A DNA stretch of 64,000 bases from Azolla caroliniana. Taxonomy: Eukaryota; Plantae; Polypodiophyta. The translations under genes and the position numbers were made by a program. The stretch is from the NCBI GenBank assembly GCA_043228905.1, contig JBHGNT010000016.1, positions 16,802,001 through 16,866,000 of the forward strand, in the 5' to 3' direction. The notes below the pieces were generated by a model, which was not told the DNA's origin, did not search any database, and saw nothing but the letters and a program-made list of their open reading frames with translations. Of the stretch, positions 48,742 through 59,852 are shown piece after piece (the first letter of the stretch is position 1; each line of letters opens with the position of its first letter).

Positions 48742-49490
48742 TGAAAGGAATATGGTTTCCTTTGCTATGCTCGGCAACAACCGAGACGTCAGATCAATCA
48801 CAGAAAAAAAATAGGGATGTGGAGAAATGTATCTATGCACGAAATAGTAAAGAAGAGAGCGCACATGATGTTAATGTGGAAAACCCTAAACGGGAAAAAC
48901 CGTGGGAGCCCACAGACTCCAAAATATCACTATGTCGAGATTACAACAATGGGGCACAGAGGCAACGACCTCTTGCTCCCTTGCTTCGCCACTAGGCAGT
49001 TACAACAGAGGCAACAACCTCTTCCTCTCTCTCTCACTTCTCTGTACACAGTTACGCACTGAGTTATCGCCACAACGATAACAATACAACCAACTCTACA
49101 TCATCACTATTAAGTTTGCCCTAGGTCATATTTATACTAATTTGACTTTCGGGCTATTTACAAATATAGCCCCGATGGGCTCTCTAGAACATATTTACAT
49201 ATATGTCCCTTCCATCCGATGAGAGATTCTCACTGGGCCTGGAACATTCAGTTCTCACCGGGTCTTCCTTGCCGAGTACTCGTCATCCGGTTCTCACCAG
49301 GTCTTCCTTGCCGTGTACTCATCATCCGGTTCTCACCGGGTCTTCCGTTGCCGGGTACTCCACATCCGGTTCTCACCGGGTCTTCCATTGTCGGGTACTC
49401 CACATCCGGTTCTCACCGGATCTTCCGTTGCCGGGTACTCCACATCCGGATTCTTCTCACTTCCCATCCGGAGGGACTTGTTTCCTAACA
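48742..49490 (-). mobile_element. Copia solo LTR (749 bp) related to the F LTR
   Basis: TG...CA termini, flanks CTTCC/CTTCT, absent from H at ~43690. Shares GTGGAAAACCCTAAA, GAGGCAACGACCTCTT and CATCCGG repeats with F. Confidence 0.88.
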
Positions 49491-51516
49491 CTTCTTCTGT
49501 TCTCGACGTCCACGCGTAATATGTGTAGTTCAACAGCTAGGGCTGACCATTCCTACCATACACGGTCAAGCGTTTCCTCAATCTTCTTGATGATTTGTTG
49601 GCGATATTTGTTGATCACGATCTTTATTTTAGTACTGTCCATGCCAGTTCTAGCTCAGTGAACTTCGACTTCCTCCCTTGCGGCCTTGGCGTCTTCTTGG
49701 CATTTGCGGACGAGGAACTCCAGAGTAGCTTGGTTATCCTTTGCTTTTACGGTTATGAGCACGATTGTCTGTTGGTAACGTTTGGTGAGTTGAGCTATAG
49801 TTTCGTCCATTTCCTATCTCCAAGCGTCCCATTGTCATTCCCTCGCGGTGATGTCCTTTGTTTGCAACTGGTGATAAGCATTGGAAATTCGCGCCCTTTG
49901 CTCTTCAGAGATCCTCCACTTTTGCATATGTTCGTTTGCCAATTCTTGTAATTCCCTTTGTTGATGGCGTAATTTCTGGTTGTCTAAGAATGCTCGCGTT
50001 CTCGTTGGCTATTCCTCTCTGCTTCTTTGATGAATCGTTCTTTGGCCTCGGTGATAGCATCCTGAAGGTTCATCACCTCTCTTTCTTGTGATTTGAGTGC
50101 GGCCGAGCTTTCAGCAAGCAGTCGCTTGAGGTTAGCTTTGCGGTTCGCGGCTTGTTCCCGTAGTTGGCCAATAGTGTTGTTGTGGTTTCGTTCTGCTAAC
50201 TCGATCCGAGCGATCTAGGCCTTGAGCTCGTCTTGGTAGTCATAGAGGGGAGGCCCTATTTGGGCTGCAACTTGTTGGTTCCGGGGATGGGGTTCCCTTT
50301 CCATCTATGTAGATCTTTCCATGACGACATGCGATCGTGGCATTTGCGTGGAAGCGTGCTTGGTCTGGAGGCTCGGTGTCTTGTCTGCCATTAGAGATGT
50401 TTAGTTGGTGGTGACGATAGTTGGTGGTACCGTTTGTGTGGAGGCGTGGCTGGTTTGGGGGTGCAGGCTTTTATCTCCTAGTGACGATGTCTCGCTTGTC
50501 TGTACCGAATCAGTCATTGTGCTTGCATGGACCGTGGCTACCCTGTGGTGAGTTGTGTCGTCGTTGTGTGCTTTGGTAACAATAGCACTCAAGCTCGGGT
50601 TAGGAAGAGGGGCTGGTGAGACATCGTTACTCGGGGCATGGAGGCTTAAGGGTGGTTGTTCTCGATGTTGCTACTCCAATGACGCCAATTTTTGCTCGGC
50701 GGCTTGCCACAGCTCGGTGGACCATTTGGCTTGCTGTTGTGTCATTTTGATACGTCGGGCCATGTCCTTGGCTGCCCGAGTTGTGTGGTGTAGGTTTCGA
50801 TATGCCTCGACTAAGGTCGTTGTTACGGGCATGACCATATAATATCCCGTGGTAAGAATTTACCATAGTATTCTATACACGTGGATAAGTGTGAGGGTTA
50901 AACGAGAGTGTAAAGAAGGGGAGGATTACTTTTAATCCTCGGGATTGAGACAACCCATTAGGTCAAGTGTGAACTTGCCTGGGGGCCTTGGGTATCGCTA
51001 TAAATAAGAGGCCTAGCTACCCTCATTTGATCATCTTTTGACTACATCGAGACTCTGCTCGTGTGGTGGGTCAAGTCTTGTAGCGAGCGCGCCAGCACCA
51101 GGTACGACTCGATGCCACGACGGTGGTATGGGACGCCGATCGAGGCTCGAGTCCGTCTCGATCCCTTCGCTTGGGGGTGGTCGGGTGGATCGGCACCCTT
51201 CTTTCTCTTTCTCCTTTCTATCTTTCATTTCTTTATCCTTATCTTAAGCTTACTTTAGTACCGAGATCTATAATATTTGGTATCAGATTTTTGTACTAAT
51301 GTTTCTTTGTTTTTCATTTGTCTTTTGATTGATGCTGATCAATCGTTGTGCGGTTGGCCTTGATCCAGACAACGATCAACAAAGAACTTCGGTAACTCTT
51401 TCCATAATTTTTCTTTCTATTCTCTCTTCTCCCATCTAATCATGTGTTTAGTTTATATGTAATTTTTTTCATTAAGTCAATGATGTTGTAGTGGTCTTTA
51501 ATTGATTATCTAAAAC

Positions 51517-51790
51517 GTATACGTATGTGCACGAGGTCAATACCTCGTTTGACATATTAATAATATGTGATGAGTGTCGTATGCGTACGAGGTTAATACC
51601 TCAATTACGTATTACGTTCACAAACATATGTTACGTTTGCGTATGAGTTTAATACCTTGATTTGTTGTAAACGATATGCGTTTGGTCTTGTATGCGTAAG
51701 AGGTCAATACCTCCATTGCGTATTACGATGATCTCTTATTTGTGGATGTTTCGTGTGCGTAGAGGTATATACCTCGATTACGTATCTCGA
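51517..51790 (+). repeat. Five ~56-bp-spaced GAGGT-N4-ACCTC hairpin repeats in the K leader
   Basis: Cores at 51533, 51589, 51645, 51700 and 51762. Confidence 0.8.
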
Positions 51791-52958
51791 TCACATCATT
51801 TGTGGCTATTTAATATAACGATATGTTTAATATAGGCATATGTGATCACATATATACGTATTTGATCGTATATATGTGAAAAGTAAACATATGTGTATAT
51901 TCGTTATTACGTGATTATGTCGAAAGTTGTCATGGTCGGGAAAAGGATGTTGGTGGCCGTCCTCACATTTTTGTGAGAATGGCGTTGTCACCATCCCTTT
52001 TTCAACAATTTTTTATTGTTGATAACCCCGTTGATGACCTCGATTTCGTTACGTAAAGAAACGCCAATAGCCATAATGATGTTGAGTACGTAGGGCTTGA
52101 CCCACTTCAAGTGAGGTCGCTCCAATGACGCACGTATCCAACATCCCTCCCTCGTTACATGGATACGATGCCACCATGAGCTCATTCTTACGAGAGGCAT
52201 TCGTAATGACGTGACCATGTGATGGCCCACGTGAGCCTACTACGAAACAAGGGCTCATTTGGCTTCACCATTAGGTTGCACTTTGGCGTATGCCATCGTA
52301 ATTACGAGACTTGAGGATAGGTAACGTACCAACATAGTTTTGGTAAATGAGGGCGAAATAAGGACCCTTGACATATATGGTCTTTGAAAAAAAACATATA
52401 TGATCTCGCATATCTCTTATACGCATCAAACATTAAGCATTCGAGAAGAGCAACTTACTTGGTTGGCTCAAGTGTTTAATGTATTTGTTCTCGAGGTCTC
52501 GAGTTCAAATATGACCAAGACCATACAACATCCTTGATACATATGACTATAACACATGTTTAGACTTAAGGTCTAAGTGCACCTCGGGGTCCTCGTAATA
52601 GGACTTAAAGAGCTGAAACCACTTATGTGGGCACCGAAACATAGTTTATTGTTAACATTTTTTTTCGTGTATAAACTATTCATGACGCGAACATACATGG
52701 TTAAGCCTTGGGGAGCCACCATGAAAAAATCGATATAGAGATCAAGGAAAGACATTTATTTGTCACCCCCATGGTTTTTAAAACACCTTTGTGTTACCAT
52801 AGTAACCTGATCTTGAACCTCATCTCATACGTCTAGAGGGGTATTGACGTGAGATAATGATATCGATTAATGCTCACCCATGATATGTTTACATCACGAC
52901 ATGATGTTATGACTATATCTCTGACCTTATCCTATTTCTTTTCCAGAAATAATCTTTA

Positions 52959-55900
52959 ATGGCTCAAATTAACGACCCGATGTCATACGCTCAAGCGGAA
53001 GGAACTCAAGGGAATCCTCCTGGACAAATGTCCACTGAGATGTATTTGGCACAAATAACCCAATACCTTAGTTTCACCGCTCAACAGATGACCGAACTTC
53101 GGCAATCTCAGAGTGCTCTTGAGGCACGTGTCATTAGTCTACAACGTGAGACTAATAGACCTGATGAGCGACAAGGTGAACCATCATTTGTCGTTAAGCC
53201 ATTTACCGGAGACAAAAAGGAAAGAACCAAAGAAGCAATCTGCACATGGCTGGGACGATGGGAGTCTCATTTTGAGCTCTATCCCACGCTAGATAGTACG
53301 AAGATTGCATATGTCGGCCGAGAACTCGGGGGTAAGGCCGCCGCCTGGTGGCGTGGCCTCCGTACTATGGGGAAATTGCCCGATACCTGGACTGATTTTG
53401 TCACGGTTTTTAAGGGCCAATTTCTGCAACCTCCCTCTCGAACCGAGGCAGCACAAGCTTTAATGAACCTCTCTAGTAGGAAATTTTCCTCGCTAGAAGA
53501 CTATGTTCACCATGTTAGAACCCAAATCCAAAAATCGGGTCTAGAAGGGGACAATTGGTTGATAGCTTGTTTTGTCAATGGCATCCCGAGTTCGGACTAT
53601 CACTGGATAGTGCACGATAAGGATCCAAAATCCTTCGAAGAGGCCGTTGAAATAGTTCTTCGCTATCAACGCACTTCGAAGAAGGACCATAACAAACCCA
53701 ACGAAGTGCCCGGGACTAAGCAGTTGCAATTTGTTGGGAAACGCAAGACACGCAACGAATTCCTGGATCGCGATTGTAAGAGACAACATCCTTTTTGCGT
53801 ATTCTGCAAAAAGAAGAGTCATACAAAAGATCAATGTCGAAAGCTCCAACGGAAAGAGCACGACAACAAAGCTAAAGTTGCAGACCATAAAGGTCAGATT
53901 CCTAATGTCCTTCAGGTCTATACACATCATTTAAGTAATTGTCAATGTTCTTTCCCTCACTATGTATTGGGTCCCAATGATTTACTACGTGCAAACGGGT
54001 ATATCAATGGATCTCCCTTACAATTTTTATTTGATTCGGGAAGCTCACACAATTTTGTGAATGATCATTTGGTTCAGATATGGGGAATCCAACCCACCAT
54101 AAGTGATCACACCTACACGGTGCACTTGGCTGATGGAAGAGTACAATACATCAACAGGGTGATTCATTCATTAGGAATTTCTATTGATACTTATATAGAG
54201 GAAGTAGACTTCCATGTAATGAATCTTTGTACCACCGATGTAATACTGGGTTATCCCTGGTTTTATAATAAAAACTCTTCTTTATTTATTGATTGGGTTC
54301 GTCATTCCATTTCTTTTGTACTGAACGATTGTACGCATTTTATTCAATGTGTAAAAAAACAATCCCTCTCGATTGTTTCCTCGTGTCCATCAATATCCGA
54401 GTTGTCTTGTTCTACGTTATTTTATTGTGTACTTGATCCGGACATTCACATTTACAATATCGATAATGTCCCGATTCAATTAACATATTTTGAACAACAA
54501 CAACTTGATGAAATCTTAAATGATTTTCATGATGTTTTTCCAAGTGAACTACCTGATGGGTTACCTCCTAAACGTAATATAGACCATCGTATAGATATTG
54601 TACCTGGTGTTGCACCAATAAGTATACCTCCGTATCGCTTAAGTCGATCCGAAGAAGATGAGGTATCTAAGCAACTCAAGGACTATTTACGAATGGGTTA
54701 TATACGTTATAGTAAATCTCCATGGTGTGCGCCAGTTCTCTTGGTTAAAAAGAAAGAGGGCACATGGCGTATGTGTATTAATTACCGATGCTTGAATAAA
54801 GTGACGATCAAGAATTCGTATCCATTGCCCCGGGCTGACGATCTAATTGACCGTCTCCAAGGAGCTCGGTATTTTACGAAACTTGATCTCCGTACTGGCT
54901 ACCATCAAATACGAATAAGTGAGGACAATGTTCCTAAAACGGCATTTCGTACGCGCTATGGCCATTACGAGTTTTTGGTTATGCCTTTTGGTTTGACCAA
55001 TGCTCCGGCTACTTTTCAACAAGAAATGAATGACATTTTCCGAGAACAACTTGGAAAATTTGTCGTTATTTTCTTGGATGATATTTTAGTTTATAGCCGT
55101 ACATTACAAGAACATGCTAGACATGTCTGCTTTGTTTTACAAACATTGCGTGACAAACAGTTTTATGCGAAGATCTCAAAATGTGAGTTCTTCAAGAAAT
55201 CAATTACTTATCTAGGACATCTCATAACAGAACGAGGAGTTGAAATTGATCCTTCTCGCATTGAGAAAATCAAGCTTTGGCCCACTCTTCGGAATATTCG
55301 AGAAGTTCGATCATTCTTTGGTTTTGTGGGGTTTTTGCGAAAGTCTCTTCGTAATTACTCCCAATTGACGACGCCGTTTACTGATCTTGTAAAAGGTCAA
55401 ACGCGTAAGTCTACAAAACCTATTGTGTGGAATGCTACACTAGACCTTGCCTTTAAGGAACTCAAGGACCTGGTTTGCAAGGCTCCTTCACTTCTTTTAC
55501 CTGATCCTTCAAAACCTTTTGAGGTTGAAACCGATGCAAGCGATTATGCTATAGGTGTTGTCTTGTATCAAGATGGTAAACCAATAGCATTCGAGAGTAA
55601 GAAACTTGATTCTGCTCAATGTCGGTATACCGTTCAAGAAAAGGAATTATTTGCAGTTATACATGCGCTCAAAACATGACGCCATTATCTTTATGGAAAT
55701 CACTTTGTGGTAACTACGGACCACGAGTCCTCGAAATATTTTTGTGACCAACAAGACCTGAAAGGTCGTAAGGCATGATGGGCTGATCTCATCCAGGACT
55801 TTGATTTTTCCATACGATATCGTAAAGGTTCCATGAACACTGTCGCTGATGCACTAAGTCGCATCCGTGAAGTTAACACGCTTAGCTTCACTGAAATATC

Positions 55901-57392
55901 ATCAGATCTTTATGATCACCTTCGAGGAAAGTATCCTGATGACAGTTATTTCGCAAAATATTGGGCAAGAGTTGAGTCTGGAACAGACACCACCACATCC
56001 TCGAAGGAATACTTCCACATTGCTAACGGTTTGCTCTACCGTAATGGGAAGGTTTGTGTTCCAAATTTACCCGAGGTCAAAAATAGGATTCTTTTTGAAT
56101 GCCATGATGCACCCTCAGCAGGGCACCCTGGAATACATCGTACACTCGTTCTCATCTCCACTCAATTTTATTGGCCTAAGATGCGTCCTGACATACATAG
56201 CTATGTGACTAAATGTCACCAGTGTCAGGTTAACAAAGCCGAGCGACTTAAAGCTGCAGGACTTTTACATGCCTTGGACATTCCCAATAATAAGTGGGAA
56301 AGTATATCCATGGATTTTATTGTTAGCCTTCCTCGCACCCAAAAAGGTCATGATGCCATCTGGGTTGTCGTTGATCGACTAGCTAAAATGGCCAGATTTA
56401 TTGCTACTAAAACCACGGTAACAACTCCTGAATTGGCTTACCAATTCGTTGACGAATTGTTTCGTTTTTATGGGTTACTGATGGATATCGTGAGTGATCG
56501 AGATCCAAAGTTTAGTAGTGACTTCTGGACACAAGTCTTTAAGAAGTTAGAAACTACGTTGAGCATGAGCTCCACGGATCATCCTCAATCCGATGGACAG
56601 ACAGAACGAGTAAATCAAATTATTGAGGACATGCTTCGAGCATACGTTGGTGCAAAACCAACAAAATGGGAACGTTATCTCCCAAATTTGGAGTTTGCTT
56701 ATAACAGCTCCAAGCATACGTCGACGGGATATAGTCCTTTTATGTTGATGTATGGTTTTCAGCCACGAGCCCCGATTGATGTTAATATACATCATGATGA
56801 GTTGCCAAGTACGCAAAACTTTCTTCGGGATATGCAAGATATGCTGCATATTGCACGAGATAATATAAAAACAACTCAAGATGGAGCGCGTTTTTATGCC
56901 GATCATCATAGGCAACCTCGTGTATTCAACCCTGGACAGAAGGTATTTTTACGTGTACCTCACAATTCTAAGACATTGTCTACGGGTAAGTGCGCTAAGT
57001 TAGCCCCACGGTTTTGTGGACCTTTTACAGTCCTCAAACGCATTGGGTCATCAGCCTATCGTCTCGCTCTTCCGGATGGTGTCGGAATTCATCCAGTCTT
57101 TCATGTGAGTCGTCTAAAATAACTTCTAGGTTCTGGCGACAATACAGTTACGACTGAAACTCTGGTTACTTCTGAAGAATTATCTTCTAAACCACATGTA
57201 CCAGAAAGAATTCTCGATGTTAAAATAAAAAAATTACGTACTAAAGAAATCCGAGAATTTAAAATAAAATGGATGGATAAATCAATAAAAGATGCCACAT
57301 GGGAACGCGAAAATACTCTTAGGACTAACTTCCCTAACTTTCCATTGCAAGAGTGCAATGTTTTAAAGAGGGGGAGTATGTTACGGGCATGA
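52959..57392 (+). pseudogene. gag-pol: K gag-pol in one frame with three nonsense codons (55677, 55776, 57120) and a C-terminal chromodomain
   Basis: [55 protein letters not shown], then PERILD..FKIKWMD..ATWE. Confidence 0.94.
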
Positions 57393-59852
57393 CCATATAA
57401 TATCCCGTGGTAAGAATTTACCGTAGTATTCTATACACGTGGATAAGTGTGAGGGTTAAACGAGAGTGTAAAGAAGGGGAGGATTACTTTTAATCCTCGG
57501 GATTGAGACAACCCATTAGGTCAAGTGTGAACTTGCGTGGGGGCCTTGGGTATCGCTATAAATAAGAGGCCTAGCTACCCTCATTTGATCATCTTTTGAC
57601 TACATCGAGACTCTGCTCGTGTGGTGGGTTAACTCTTGTAGCGAGCGCGGCAGCACCAGGTACGACTCGACGCCACGACGGTGGTATGGGACGCCGATCG
57701 AGGCTCGAGTCCGTCTCGATCCCTTCGCTCGGGGGTGGTCGGGTGGATCGGCACCCTTCTTTCTCTTTCTCCTTTCTATCTTTCATTTCTTTATCCTTAT
57801 CTTAAGCTTACTTTAGTACCGAGATCTATAATAGTCGTGTTCAAATCTGGTAGCTCCATGCGGAGAGAAGCATTATGTGCTTGCTTCTTCCGACCTATCT
57901 TCTGTAAGGCTCGATCCTCTTGAGGTTTGAGTTCTCCCATTAGTGCGCGTTGGATCATCTTCGTTTCCACATGCTCTTTGGCCATACGAGTGGTGGCAGC
58001 TACTTGGGCGCGCGCGAGGAAATCCATCAACTCATATGTTGTGCCCAGTCAAAGTAGTGCACTGAACTGTATGCCTCCGCGGGGAGGTCTTTGTAACCGA
58101 GGACTTCTTCCTCCGATATCCGTGCGGTTTGTCCATGCTCGATCCTGCCTATGTGCAGCGATGCCTCTACTAGTACCATGGCTGTGGAGCTCGGGCTCGC
58201 CTCCTTTGATTTTTGATGCTGGGTCCCCTTGGTTTCTGTGGTCCATTGGTGATTGATGCGACATTCCGTTTTCGGCTTGTCCGTCTAGGACCGGTGGTGT
58301 TGGCTCCTCGACTTGTTTCCTCTTTTGTTGCCGTATGCCTGAGGGTTGTTGGTTTGTGGGGCGCGGGCTCGGTTGTGGAGAGGGCATCGATGTCCTTGGT
58401 GTTTTTTGTCATATAGTGACATCCTCTACGATAGGCTCCTCGGCCTCATCCCATTCGACATGGGTCACTAGTAATGCTTGTTGCTTTTGTGTTTTTGGTG
58501 GGGGTGGTGCCGAGGTGGGAGTAGAATTCCGAGCGGCCAAGGGAGGTGGAGAGGGTGAGGGGTTTTCCCATTCTTCTTGGGTTAACGCCAAAATCTTCTT
58601 CCACTGTTTCCGTGGTGGTGGTGGAGAGGTGAGGATGCGATGAGGGGAAAACGAAGGAGGTGGGTAGAGGATTGTGAGGTAATGACTCATCACAAGTAGC
58701 AATCGCTTACCAGATTGAAAAGACTACAATGCCGCACAGACTCCTTCACTGGTGATGATTCCCCAATCGACTTTGTCGCCTTCGTACTCTCTGATGATGA
58801 TGGCAGCCTTATTTTGTGGCATACTCGTGGGATTTGTATCCACAAAGACGTATTCCATCAAAATTCGGGCGATCTCTCCAAAAGACTTATTTGGTCCTCC
58901 ATAAGTGCAGTAAGCTTTTCTCGAAATCGAATACATCCCAAAGTATTCCTTCAGGGTCGTGTGAGGAGGAATCTCGACTTCATGTTCCCCACCTAGAGCG
59001 GCACGAGTCATACTGTTGTTTACTTTGTTGGGGTGGATTCTGCTGCTATTGCTTGGGCGTCAAGGTGCGCTGGGGCGTCGATGACCCGTAAGTAGCTACC
59101 CAATCCTCGTTGTTGTAGCCAAGAACGGGTTTCCTACGATGCTGAGAGAGGCATGGTGGAATCGATGGTTTGCTGATAGGGAGAGGCATGGTGGAATCGA
59201 TGAGACGAGGGCGAGACAGAGAGATGGAAGAAGATTGTTGGGGAGGAAATCGTTGTTCTGTGAAGGGGTTACGAGGGCGAGAGAAGGCATGTTTGTGGAA
59301 GCAATGAGAACGAGAGAGAGCTTGGGAGCTTGAAGGTTGTGAATGCAAGAAAGCTTCTGTGTGAGTGGGCGCGTTGTGTATGGGGTAGCTTCTTCTATGT
59401 GATCGCCTAGGGTTTTGTGCAGGGAGAAGATCCTTTAGATTCTTGGTTGTGGCTGCCATAATAAGGTATTATGGCCACGTGTCACAGGAGTGTTTTGCCT
59501 TGTGAGGTGTGCATGTTCCTTAAATACTCTACTTTAATGTGAAGGTGACTAGTTTGTGCTCCTAAGAAATTTTCGTGATTTTGGGTGATTTGTGAGGTGG
59601 TTTAGGTGAGGCTAATTTAAATGCTAAAACTATTCCTAATTTTACCTAATATACAATTTTGGTGGGTAGGTCATTATTTTACCGATGGGGGCATGTAGCC
59701 TCCTTCATGGCATCGTCCGTGAACTGGTCCGTGCCGTGAGACTCGGCGAAGGGATTATCTGGGGTATTTCCTTGGTAAGGTCGAAGTCAGAATCCATTTA
59801 CCCAACTTTTGACGATGTCTTTGGCAAGTGTGCCGAGTTGGAATGTGCCGTT

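Larger units (their letters stand above)
50821..57833 (+). mobile_element. Gypsy chromovirus K (Tcn1-like), full length
   Basis: 455-bp LTRs at 50821-51275 and 57379-57833 (about 7 mismatches by eye), TSD GTCGT, PBS TGGTATCAGA at 51278, PPT AAAGAGGGGGAG. Confidence 0.96.
48260..59459 (-). pseudogene. Extra ORF of I in three pieces (59459-57839, 50820-49496, 48741-48260; ~3.4 kb)
   Basis: TLKEYFGMYSISRKAY, a Pro-rich linker, coiled coil and a C-terminal block matching H and G. Confidence 0.72.

Noticed and set aside
51517-51790. CRISPR array
   Set aside because: Eukaryotic retroelement context, no cas genes, degenerate repeats, and several spacers related to each other (ATTRCGTAT). Kept only as a hairpin array.
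55677-55679. Programmed readthrough in K
   Set aside because: The stop lies inside RNase H (TGG>TGA) and two more stops follow, consistent with mutational decay.
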